A stretch of 23,208 nt of DNA from a virus. Lineage: Duplodnaviria; Heunggongvirae; Uroviricota; Caudoviricetes. The notes beneath the pieces are model-generated. The model was not told the DNA's origin. It was given only the letters and a program-made list of their open reading frames with translations, and did no database searches. Below are positions 7,111 to 14,950 of the stretch, in pieces. A program made the position numbers and the translations under genes. Location: the IMG/VR virus record IMGVR_UViG_3300031417_000379; one strand, written 5' to 3'. The stretch's first letter is position 1, and every line of letters begins with the position of its first letter.

Positions 7111-8295
7111 TTAGAGCTCTCTTCGGAAGGTAAGCGAACTGTCTGCTACCTCTACCGCCCATTCGCCGCCGAGATTCTTATGGAGTGAGGCGAGTAGAAG
7201 CTCGCTAAAGCGCTGCACTTTAGGATTAGAGGACTTAAGGACTTCGTCACTATAGACACAGAAAAGGATTGGAGCCCCGATGCCGTCTGACTTCATAATC
7301 TCGGGCTCATCGTCCAGCGTGAAGAGCCCTGCCTCGTCAGCGGCGATCTCAACCTCAGCAGCTAGGAACGGTAACGGTTCGTTCACGTAGCGCGAGACCT
7401 CGCCTGCTGCAATCGCAGCCTCACGAGCGGCTGTCTCTCGAGTCTTTCGCTCTGCTTCTGCTTCGCGCCAGGCCGTTTCCCGAAGTTTCGTCTCTTCAGC
7501 TTCACGCTCTTCACGTTCACGATCAGCCTGGCGCTTAGCCTCGAGCTTAGCTTCGAATGGATTAGCCTCTTCGGGCGTCTCAAGTGCTGATGCTAGATCA
7601 GCTTCGCTCTCTCTACGGAAGATGATAGCGTCCTCAGCTACAACCGAGGCGAGCCAGACCCCTTCGAAGTTCTCAGCTAGCTTCTGAAGTACATGAGTAG
7701 CTACAGCATCATCGTCAGTGGGGAATTCGCTCCCAGTAAGGATGAAACTTTCTAGAGTAGCTGGATTCTCTGGATCCACGTTATCAGCAAGATCAACGTG
7801 AGAGAACTCATTGACAGGATAGACATCTTTGATGAGTGAGAGAATCGCCTGGTGGATTCGGAACAGCCGGTACTCTGTACTAGCTTTCTCTACTGAGTAG
7901 AGACGTAAGTAACCAGATGCAGCATCGTCCACATCATAGATGAAAGCATAAGGCGAATCTTTAGGCTGAAGCTCTGTATTAGCCGCTTCGGTAAAGTCGA
8001 GTGCTAGTCTCTGAGTAAGGCCCTCGATCTCCTGACGTACGTCAAGTTCCTCAGGATACTTTTTCGGCCAGATGAGCTTAAAGAATCGCTCGATAGCTTT
8101 CGAGTTGAGTGCTGCGTTCTTCCCGAGGGTAGGAAGCTGAAGCTGATGAGCCCACTCAGAGTAAAGCAAAGCGGTCTTCTGAGCCTTCTTCGGAGCCATC
8201 ACCACAGTGTAGATCAGCACCCCAGCCGCTAAAGCGATGAGTACACCGATAGCGATTGCAGCGTTCCCTACGGTGAAGATACCGGATAGGTCCAT
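7111..8295 (-). CDS. Membrane-anchored hypothetical protein (N-terminal TM helix, charged coiled coil near the C-terminus)
   Basis: AAIAIGVLIALAAGVLIYTVVMA followed by PKKAQK; E/R/A-rich helical segment. RBS GAAAGG. Confidence 0.75.
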   Translation of the reverse strand: MDLSGIFTVGNAAIAIGVLIALAAGVLIYTVVMAPKKAQKTALLYSEWAHQLQLPTLGKNAALNSKAIERFFKLIWPKKYPEELDVRQEIEGLTQRLALDFTEAANTELQPKDSPYAFIYDVDDAASGYLRLYSVEKASTEYRLFRIHQAILSLIKDVYPVNEFSHVDLADNVDPENPATLESFILTGSEFPTDDDAVATHVLQKLAENFEGVWLASVVAEDAIIFRRESEADLASALETPEEANPFEAKLEAKRQADREREEREAEETKLRETAWREAEAERKTRETAAREAAIAAGEVSRYVNEPLPFLAAEVEIAADEAGLFTLDDEPEIMKSDGIGAPILFCVYSDEVLKSSNPKVQRFSELLLASLHKNLGGEWAVEVADSSLTFRREL

Positions 8296-8330
8296 GCTAG
8301 CCTAAGCCTTTCTGCGGTTGAGCTTAAAGC

Positions 8331-9071
8331 TCAGCCCTCGTTTTGAGTCTTCTTGTCGCCGACGTTTACGCCTTCACCGGCGAAGACATCCACCGTAGGA
8401 GCAATGGTGTCGTCCAAGGCGTCGTTGAACTGTAGGAAGCGCACTCCCATGGGAGCGGCTGCGTCCTTTGGAGTAGCTACAGTAAGTGTTGCTGAACCAC
8501 CGGCTGCGTTAAAGATGCCGGCGGTATCACCGCTGACGATGTAGGAAGTTGCCCCGGTACTGCTAACTGGCCAGATAACTGGAGCTTTAGACTTCACGAT
8601 CCCGTCTTTAAACCCTGACTTGTATTCAGCGGTGACAGTCACTGTATAGGTTTTTAAATCTGTAGCTTCGATTTCGGTGGGCTGCGCTTCACCTTCGTCG
8701 TTCAGTTTGAGTGCAAACACCTTAGCCGAAGCAAGCTCTCCAGCAGGAGTAACTTTCGAAGAGGTCACGTGGAAAACAGTTGTCTGGTCACCGGTAACGT
8801 CATCACCGCTAATAGGATCAGTTGTTTGCACGTTCTCTGAAATGTACTTCACATCTTTAGAGCCATCCTGACGAGTAGTGTCGTTCGGGTCAACGTACCC
8901 GTTAGCTCCAGGATTGATCGTAGTCTGATTCGTCGGCTCACGGAACTGCGTAGACGGCTTTTCTCCGGTCCCATCCGAAGGAGCAGGAGCATTATCTCCG
9001 GTTGAACATCCGGCGATAAGAAGAGCCGCGACGAGGGTAACGCCGACACCGACGGTACGACCTAGCTTCAT
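8331..9071 (-). CDS. Putative lipoprotein
   Basis: MKLGRTVGVGVTLVAALLIAG-C has a basic N-terminus, a hydrophobic core and a lipobox-like IAGC. A Pro/Thr/Gly linker and a beta-rich domain follow. Confidence 0.8.
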   Translation of the reverse strand: MKLGRTVGVGVTLVAALLIAGCSTGDNAPAPSDGTGEKPSTQFREPTNQTTINPGANGYVDPNDTTRQDGSKDVKYISENVQTTDPISGDDVTGDQTTVFHVTSSKVTPAGELASAKVFALKLNDEGEAQPTEIEATDLKTYTVTVTAEYKSGFKDGIVKSKAPVIWPVSSTGATSYIVSGDTAGIFNAAGGSATLTVATPKDAAAPMGVRFLQFNDALDDTIAPTVDVFAGEGVNVGDKKTQNEG

Positions 9072-9139
9072 AGAACTACCTCTTCAAAGGAAGACTTCAG
9101 CTTACAGATCAGTAAGCCTGTAGCCCTATATCGCTTCGG

Positions 9140-11215
9140 TCACCGGCTAGAGTCGGCCTCAAGCGCAATTTTCTGGGCTCGTACGCGGGCTGCTTCGGTG
9201 ATGCGCTTGGTTCGGAAGGTCTTGTTCTTGTACAGGAACTCCTGAAGTCTTCCTAGAGCCTTCATCATCATTACAGCATCCGCGGTTGCGGCATGCGCTC
9301 CTGCGTAAGGAACCCCGTTATCCTCCGCGAACGACTGTAAGGATGAGTCATCCGAGCGAGTCATCAAGAAACTAGCAAGCTTGCGCGTATCAAGGATAGT
9401 GATTTCACCGGCCTCTTTCGCCTCAAGGTAGCCGTTGAGATGAGCGGCGAAGAAACGATCTTCGAAGCTTGCGTTGTGAGCGACCAGCGTGCCGGACTTC
9501 AAAAGTTCGAGCACGTCGTGCTGAACCTTCGGGTCATCAAAGCGAGGTGCACCGACGATCATATCCGAAGAGATACGGTGGATGTCGTACTCCCCGAGTC
9601 CAACGCCAGCAAGTGCCTCAGTCGGAACATCGTGAAGGGTGCTGTAAACAACCTCCGTCTCCCCGTCGGAGTTAAGACGGGCGATGCCGGTCTCGATGAT
9701 TCGGCCGGTGCGAGGCGAAGTAGTAGTGGTTTCTAGATCAACTCCGATGAGCGGACGCTGTCGAGTGGAGGGGTCGTGCTGAGCAAAGACTGTGACAGCA
9801 GCACGCTGGAACTCGGTCTCAGTGAGCATTCGACCCTTTTCGACCTTGAGCGCCTCGATTGAGGTGACAAGCTGCTCCTTAGCCTCCGCGGGAGTAATGC
9901 CGGCGTAACCAGCGTAGACATCAGCAATGGCGTCGTAGTCGTTGGTGAGCTTCATGCCACGCTTACGTCGAGTTCGGATCTCTTCGCCGGCCTTGAGCTT
10001 CGCTCGCTTCTCCTGCATAGAAATCCAAAAAGCATCCGTCGCTGAAATCATCTCTTCGATCTCCGCGCGCAGTCGAGGATCGTCCAAGGAGAAGTTATAC
10101 TCCCGGTAATCGTTGTCGTCGAGTACCGCCACAAGCTTACCGTAGCTAAGGCCACCGTTATAAGCGTACCAGAGCACCTGCTTGCGATACCCCGCCGGTA
10201 CGCCGAAGATCCCAAGGGCTTCGGGGCCCCACTTTGAAGGATCTGAACCGGTCTTAATCTCGAGGATTCCCTCGGGTACGCCTGACTCGTCGAGGAATAG
10301 GCCGTCAAAGTTAGCGTGACGATACGGTGTCTTCGAGTTGTGCCAGGAAGTCTTGCAGAAAGCGACACGAAGCTCAGGGTGCTTAATGGCCACCGTCTGA
10401 CGGATGTACTCCTCCCAGGCGTTACCTCGACCGATGCCGGAGCGCAGATCCCAGCTATCGGGCGGAGTTCCGTTGAGCTCGTCAAGGCCAAGCTTGGAGT
10501 TCACCACACGAGAGTAGTTTGTAGAAGCCCATTCCTTGTCTACGCGAAGGATGGCTCCCACATCGGAGCCACCGATACCGCTGGCGCGAGCAGCATGCCA
10601 CTCCGGAGAGTTTGTTTCGTACTCGCCAAGAGCCTCGAGATCGTTGAGCTTCTTTTCAGTGAATTCTACGAAGGTGCCATCGGCTCGTTCGATGCGCTCC
10701 TGAAGGATAGAGGAGGCAAGCGCTGCCTGAGCTGTTAGTGCTCGGTACTCGTTAAGCTGTGCCCAGAGGAAACGCATGGTTTCGAAGCGCTCGCGGAACT
10801 CGAGCGAGAACTTGCGGATGGCGAATCGCGCCTCCTTAGCCACAGCTTTGTTCACGAGCTTTGAACGATTACGAGCAGCCTCAAGTTCGTTGGCCAGGTG
10901 ATCGACCTCGACCTTGAGCTCCGCACGACGAGCAAGAGCATCACGGTAAACCTGAGCGTTAGCACGCTGTTCAACCATCGATCGGAGGCCACTGTAATCT
11001 TGCGCCGCGACGAGACGAACAAGCTGTGCCTGAGCTTCGCGCTCTTTCAAAGAGCTAACGATTGAACCTGAAAGCTTCTCTCCTGCTGTCTGAGTGAGAA
11101 AGCTAAAAATCCCAGCATCCTCCGTCGTAAGAACCAATGTGTAGGAGTCGACGGGCGAGCTATCTTTGTACTCTGCTACTTCGCCGGTGGCTACGTTCAA
11201 ATGGAGCTTGGTCAC
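9140..11215 (-). CDS. Fusion protein: N-terminal coiled coil, YqaJ/lambda-exonuclease-like domain and C-terminal DEDDh (DnaQ-like) exonuclease
   Basis: YqaJ motifs: WHAARASGIGGSD, GNAWE, HANFDG, LEIKT, YRKQVLWY. DEDDh motifs: GVDLETT, HNASFEDRF, HAATADA. GTG start with RBS AAGGAG. Confidence 0.85.
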   Translation of the reverse strand: MTKLHLNVATGEVAEYKDSSPVDSYTLVLTTEDAGIFSFLTQTAGEKLSGSIVSSLKEREAQAQLVRLVAAQDYSGLRSMVEQRANAQVYRDALARRAELKVEVDHLANELEAARNRSKLVNKAVAKEARFAIRKFSLEFRERFETMRFLWAQLNEYRALTAQAALASSILQERIERADGTFVEFTEKKLNDLEALGEYETNSPEWHAARASGIGGSDVGAILRVDKEWASTNYSRVVNSKLGLDELNGTPPDSWDLRSGIGRGNAWEEYIRQTVAIKHPELRVAFCKTSWHNSKTPYRHANFDGLFLDESGVPEGILEIKTGSDPSKWGPEALGIFGVPAGYRKQVLWYAYNGGLSYGKLVAVLDDNDYREYNFSLDDPRLRAEIEEMISATDAFWISMQEKRAKLKAGEEIRTRRKRGMKLTNDYDAIADVYAGYAGITPAEAKEQLVTSIEALKVEKGRMLTETEFQRAAVTVFAQHDPSTRQRPLIGVDLETTTTSPRTGRIIETGIARLNSDGETEVVYSTLHDVPTEALAGVGLGEYDIHRISSDMIVGAPRFDDPKVQHDVLELLKSGTLVAHNASFEDRFFAAHLNGYLEAKEAGEITILDTRKLASFLMTRSDDSSLQSFAEDNGVPYAGAHAATADAVMMMKALGRLQEFLYKNKTFRTKRITEAARVRAQKIALEADSSR

Positions 11216-11230
11216 GTACTTCTTCTCCTT

Positions 11231-11260
11231 GGTGAGATCTCACCCAATGCTGGGTAGGAT
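11231..11260. promoter_or_regulatory. Divergent promoter region with a perfect 14-bp palindrome and a + strand -10 TAGGAT
   Basis: GGTGAGATCTCACC (11231-11244) is self-complementary. TAGGAT (11255-11260) ends 6 nt before ATG 11267. Confidence 0.5.
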
Positions 11261-11266
11261 CTCTCT

Positions 11267-11623
11267 ATGGACCTACAAGCGTCAATCGACTTTATACCTC
11301 AGGCGGATGTCGAGGTCATGCTCGACCTAGATCGCGAAGCTCTTGAAGAGCTAAGTGATGCTAAAGTCTTGCTTTCGTTGAAGCTTTCAGATGGAGAGCT
11401 TGTGTTCCCGGCCTTCCAGTTTCAAGCCGGGTCTCTACACCCAAGACTCATTGTATCATTCCAGAAGTTTGACGCAACAACCGACGGGTGGTTTGTTGCT
11501 AGCTGGTTCCACCGCTGGAATGAGAATCTCCGCTCAATCCCTGCAAGACTCATCGAAGAGCCGAGTGGAATTGAGCGGATCATCTTAGCGATCACTACAG
11601 AGCAAAGCTTGGCTAAGCTGTAG
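11267..11623 (+). CDS. Rv2175c-like / Xre-MbcA-ParS C-terminal-like small protein, possibly DNA-binding or antitoxin-like
   Basis: LVFPAFQF, DGWFVASWF and N.NL...PARLI resemble these actinobacterial families. The N-terminal helices could form an HTH. Assignment is from memory of motifs only. Confidence 0.5.
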   Translation: MDLQASIDFIPQADVEVMLDLDREALEELSDAKVLLSLKLSDGELVFPAFQFQAGSLHPRLIVSFQKFDATTDGWFVASWFHRWNENLRSIPARLIEEPSGIERIILAITTEQSLAKL

Positions 11624-12854
11624 CCTCCTTGAGAGCTTTCGTATAGGCTCTGAGGGAAAGGCTCGGCAGGTCTGTAACGTGGCGTGAATCAGTCACCCAG
11701 TCACCGGTACGGTTGCCCATGCTCGAAACACGCAGCATTACACCGTACTTTCGAGCGCGGATGCCGTTACGCGAGATCGGCATACTTCCACTGAGAATTT
11801 CTTTAGGAGTCGGGGCATCATCGAGGCTTGAAAGCTTACTAAAGTCGCCGATAACGAGAGCTCGAGCAGCGCTGTTCTGAATGCTACCTACGTTCTCCTT
11901 GTGAGCGTTATGGATAGTCATCGGCTCTGTCTGGCTAACTCCGCCGAACGCGACAACAGCGGATTCTTCTGGGAGAGTTGGACGATCAGTAGGGATTTTG
12001 TCAAGCTCTCCATACTCGATACGGACGGAGGCTCCTGAAAGCTTTGGCGAGCCGTCTTTCAGAAGTCGTAGGCGCTCTGCCTCCTCAGGCTTGGTAGCAA
12101 ACGCCTGGTACTTGGGGCGGAAGTAGAAGATCCGATTACTGGTCTTTTCAATGAGCTCAGTAGCTTTTGGCCCAGGTGTGATCTCAGCCACGGTGGCTCG
12201 TGAAGTGTAAGTCTCGATCTGAGTACCGTTAGTTTTCTTGATGCTTAGATGGTACTGCTCACCGTTAAGAGCCACCACCATATCTACCTTCGGCTTTCCG
12301 CCAGAAGGGATATTCCCCGTCGGCATGAACACCTCTACTCCTTCGTAGCGTGAAAGAGCTGCGGCTAGCACGTACTCGTTCTTGAAGCCGTCTTCTTTCT
12401 GCTGTTCTGCGGCGGCTAGAAAAGCTTCTGAAGCGCTCTGATCCTCACGTAGCTTCATCGGCATAGTCTCAAGCTGCTTAAGCATCGCCTTGTGCTGCCG
12501 ATCTGACTCCTCGGAGAAAGCGTCAATACGTTTGACAAAATCCTCTGAGAGCTCGACGTGAGGTGTTAGGTCAAGGTAACCGCCGGTGATAGCCTGACGA
12601 GAACTTCTTGGAAGCTTTTTCAGGTGCCCTCGCACAGCGGTGTTCTTTTTGAGCGCAATTCGAGAACTATCTGGACCAGCAGTCGTCTTTCGCAATCCCG
12701 GTACTCCGTGAGCCTGTTCGAGCTGTTCTTCTGAGCGCTTTACCGCCTCAGCTAGACTGTCAAAGTGCTCAGCCTCTCCACCGAACGGGCAACGACCTTG
12801 AGTAGCAGCGCACTTTCCTGCTTCTCCTGCTTCGTTTATGTGATACTTAGCCAT
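11613..12854 (-). CDS. N-terminal MAKYHIN Cys/His module fused to a probable PD-(D/E)xK endonuclease (HinP1I/MspI-like)
   Basis: N-terminus MAKYHINEAGEAGKCAATQGRCPFGGEAEHFDSLAEA. Catalytic-like series DGFKNE ... KVD ... SIKK ... TQIE. RBS GGAGG. Confidence 0.6.
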   Translation of the reverse strand: MAKYHINEAGEAGKCAATQGRCPFGGEAEHFDSLAEAVKRSEEQLEQAHGVPGLRKTTAGPDSSRIALKKNTAVRGHLKKLPRSSRQAITGGYLDLTPHVELSEDFVKRIDAFSEESDRQHKAMLKQLETMPMKLREDQSASEAFLAAAEQQKEDGFKNEYVLAAALSRYEGVEVFMPTGNIPSGGKPKVDMVVALNGEQYHLSIKKTNGTQIETYTSRATVAEITPGPKATELIEKTSNRIFYFRPKYQAFATKPEEAERLRLLKDGSPKLSGASVRIEYGELDKIPTDRPTLPEESAVVAFGGVSQTEPMTIHNAHKENVGSIQNSAARALVIGDFSKLSSLDDAPTPKEILSGSMPISRNGIRARKYGVMLRVSSMGNRTGDWVTDSRHVTDLPSLSLRAYTKALKEATA

Positions 12855-12872
12855 GAACGCCTCCGATAGACT

Positions 12873-12881
12873 TTTCTAACA
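12873..12881 (-). promoter_or_regulatory. TGTTAGAAA motif upstream of a tagged gene
   Basis: The identical 9-mer occurs at 18833-18841 and 184-192, each upstream of a minus-strand gene. Confidence 0.4.
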
Positions 12882-12936
12882 TAGCCTGCGTTTTTGGTAG
12901 GATGAAGACACATGGCTTTACTAGGAGTTGCACCAT

Positions 12937-13239
12937 ATGAACACCAACGATTCGCGTTTCAACTTCGATGAGAAGCTTTTGAGTTCTTGCGATCAAATTG
13001 CAGAAGAACATTTAGGGAACGCTGCTCGTAAAAAGCTTTATCCCGAATACAAGTCAGTGCTTTACAAGCACAAAACTTTGGGCGACTACATGCTCGTATG
13101 CGCCGACGGATCAATGCTTTATGCACCATACGAAATCGGCGTTTCTATTCTCATCAACGGGTTTAAGAACGGTCTGCGCTCAGGCCCCAGCGCTGTTAAG
13201 CACGCTATGGAAAGTAGGGTGGCAGAGATGGCCGCCTAA
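12937..13239 (+). CDS. Hypothetical protein (100 aa)
   Basis: ATG 12937 with AGGAG 9 nt upstream, and extended -10 TGg-TAGGAT at 12895-12903. No function recognised. Confidence 0.7.
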   Translation: MNTNDSRFNFDEKLLSSCDQIAEEHLGNAARKKLYPEYKSVLYKHKTLGDYMLVCADGSMLYAPYEIGVSILINGFKNGLRSGPSAVKHAMESRVAEMAA

Positions 13240-13296
13240 GTAAGACACGCTCTGTATAAGCAGGCTCAAGACCTACTCTAACGCTGTAGAACTGCT

Positions 13297-13357
13297 TCTA
13301 AGCGGGTAAACCCATCGTCACGACACGTTATGTGATACAGGGTTTAACCCGCTTAGA
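13297..13357. terminator. Long imperfect hairpin between convergent genes
   Basis: TCTAAGCGGGTAAACCC pairs with GGGTTTAACCCGCTTAGA with one bulge. Weaker outer pairing CTGTAG/CTACAG extends to 13284-13370. Confidence 0.6.
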
Positions 13358-13372
13358 GCGTCAGCTACAGTT

Positions 13373-13906
13373 TCAGAAGAGGGGTACTTCAGGAGCCTCG
13401 AAGTTCTCTTTAGAGACTGTACGAGTCTCAGGATCGAGTATTAGAAGCGGCTTCTGAAGTTTACGAACCTTCTTTACAGCGGAAGCTGTTCCGCCGCTTG
13501 TCTCTGAACGTCGGTAGGCGGCGACACAGAGTGATGAGTCGCGGATCATAGCGTCGTTCCTAGCATGGAGATAACCGACGGAGAAGTGCGGTCCAACTAC
13601 GATCTCACGAGAGGCAGCTTTGCGAAGCTCTCTCCAGTTGTCGCGAGCAAAGCTGGGCCAAGCGTTTGGCTGCTCTTCGAACGGAATGTAAGCTGCTAAA
13701 GGAATATCTAGCTCAAGCGCAACCTCAGCCCAGATCGTGTCAGCACCTACGGCCATACCACTGATGATCTCTTCTAAGCCGTGAAAGGCTCGGAGGCGTT
13801 TCGCTGTACGTCGAAGTTCTTTCTGAAGCCAGAAAGTTTCATCGTGAGTAAACTTTCGATGCCCCGTGAGCATCACCTTTGGGAATAGTGGCGGCTGTTC
13901 AGCCAT
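13373..13906 (-). CDS. SLOG superfamily protein (YspA/DUF1273-like)
   Basis: VMLTGHR, ISGMAVGADTIWAEVAL, IPFEEQ, ARNDAMI, SGGTASAV. Confidence 0.85.
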   Translation of the reverse strand: MAEQPPLFPKVMLTGHRKFTHDETFWLQKELRRTAKRLRAFHGLEEIISGMAVGADTIWAEVALELDIPLAAYIPFEEQPNAWPSFARDNWRELRKAASREIVVGPHFSVGYLHARNDAMIRDSSLCVAAYRRSETSGGTASAVKKVRKLQKPLLILDPETRTVSKENFEAPEVPLF

Positions 13907-14342
13907 TACGCTGAGCCTCGAGATCGATCACAACAGATGTCTCAAGGAATGAGTCAGGATGATCAGAACTTCTCTTAAGGTAGCTATACCCACCGTCAAC
14001 GCTGACGGCCCCACAGCTGCACGTTTGGTAGTCATGCCGATGACGACTCTCGATAGCATCTCCACACGAGAGACAAAGAACCGAGTTCTGAAGAATCGCC
14101 TCTGAATCCATCTGAGAGAAGTAGTCGTCGGGGTCAAGGAAGAGCTCGCCTCCGACTCGGCGGATCATGTAGCGACCGTTGAAGTAAAGCTGTTCACCTC
14201 GGAGCGCGTGATCGCTCGGCTTATGAATCGGACACGAGTCTCCGGCACACTGCTTTACGTTGTGAGTCTTGACGAGAACCTGGCCACTATTAAGCAAGAC
14301 TCCGCCATCGGGGCGAACAAACGCATCCGGGCTTTTCACCAT
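13899..14342 (-). CDS. Hypothetical protein with two Cys/His clusters (C-terminal part DUF7695-like)
   Basis: HNVKQCAGDSCPIHKPSDH, and CLSCGDAIESRHRHDYQTCSCGAVSVDGG. Confidence 0.7.
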   Translation of the reverse strand: MVKSPDAFVRPDGGVLLNSGQVLVKTHNVKQCAGDSCPIHKPSDHALRGEQLYFNGRYMIRRVGGELFLDPDDYFSQMDSEAILQNSVLCLSCGDAIESRHRHDYQTCSCGAVSVDGGYSYLKRSSDHPDSFLETSVVIDLEAQRNG

Positions 14343-14345
14343 GAG

Positions 14346-14915
14346 TTATCCTTCGAGCTCCTTGACAAGCTTTGCGTAGCTCATCGCATACTTCTTACCA
14401 ACTTCTGTCGGTGTCTTCGGCTCGCCACGCAGGCGTAGGTCAAAGACACGGTTCAGCACGCTCACTGTCTTCGGGCACTTGTAGCAGCCCCAAACGTCTT
14501 CAGGCGCAGCGTGGAATCCGGTACGTTCACCACAGGTAGGGCAAACGCCGATCCAAAGATAACGATCTTCGGTGTAGCTCTCGGAAGAGGCATAAGCAAA
14601 AGCGCTGCCGTTACCGCCGAGCGCAACGAAGTTTGCTTCCCAGTCGGCGTCGTGGCCGTGGTTCGGCCCAGTGATGGCGTGAGCCACTTCGTGAAGCATC
14701 GTGTTCAGACGCTCCTGCTTCGTGGCGGTGAGCATGAAGAGAACAGAGTAGCTGATGCGTTGCGCAGTAAAATTACACTGACCAGCACGAGAATCAGCGT
14801 TGTCAAAACCCACCGTCCAGCCGACGATCCCATGCCCGACGAGAAGCTTAAGCGTTGACTGCTCAAGCTCTCGTCGAATAGCAAACCAGGCGGGGGAGTT
14901 GACGGTGATAGGCAC
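14346..14915 (-). CDS. SprT-like zinc metalloprotease
   Basis: SRAGQC, TMLHEVAHAI (HExxH), GHDADW, then CPTC and CYKC. GTG start. Confidence 0.85.
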   Translation of the reverse strand: MPITVNSPAWFAIRRELEQSTLKLLVGHGIVGWTVGFDNADSRAGQCNFTAQRISYSVLFMLTATKQERLNTMLHEVAHAITGPNHGHDADWEANFVALGGNGSAFAYASSESYTEDRYLWIGVCPTCGERTGFHAAPEDVWGCYKCPKTVSVLNRVFDLRLRGEPKTPTEVGKKYAMSYAKLVKELEG

Positions 14916-14921
14916 CAGATT

Positions 14922-14950
14922 ATCTTACGTTTTGTTCTACAGCTCGTCAA
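14922..14950 (-). promoter_or_regulatory. Near-consensus SigA promoter TTGACG-17-TAAGAT, leaderless for the SprT-like gene
   Basis: -35 at 14950-14945, -10 at 14927-14922, and GTG 14915 lies 6 nt after the -10. Confidence 0.7.

Noticed and set aside
6382-7115. TCTAACAGA shortly upstream of the TGTGATA promoter cores of both Pnkp and Thg1; also the reverse complement of part of the motif at 18833-18843
   Set aside because: Both copies include the upstream gene's TAA stop, and the spacing differs by 1 nt. With two copies the evidence is too weak to call an element.
7085-7162. MGGRGS-like N-terminus on the Thg1 ORF (ORF-track start 7162), resembling a motif seen at the start of some phage proteins
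   Set aside because: It overlaps the last 52 nt of the upstream gene. A better start is ATG 7084, with an extended -10 at leaderless distance and normal Thg1 length. Treated as coincidence.
8319-8333. Small hairpin TGAGCT-TAA-AGCTCA at the lipoprotein stop codon
   Set aside because: A 6-bp stem built from the abundant AGCT word, with no T tract; probably chance.
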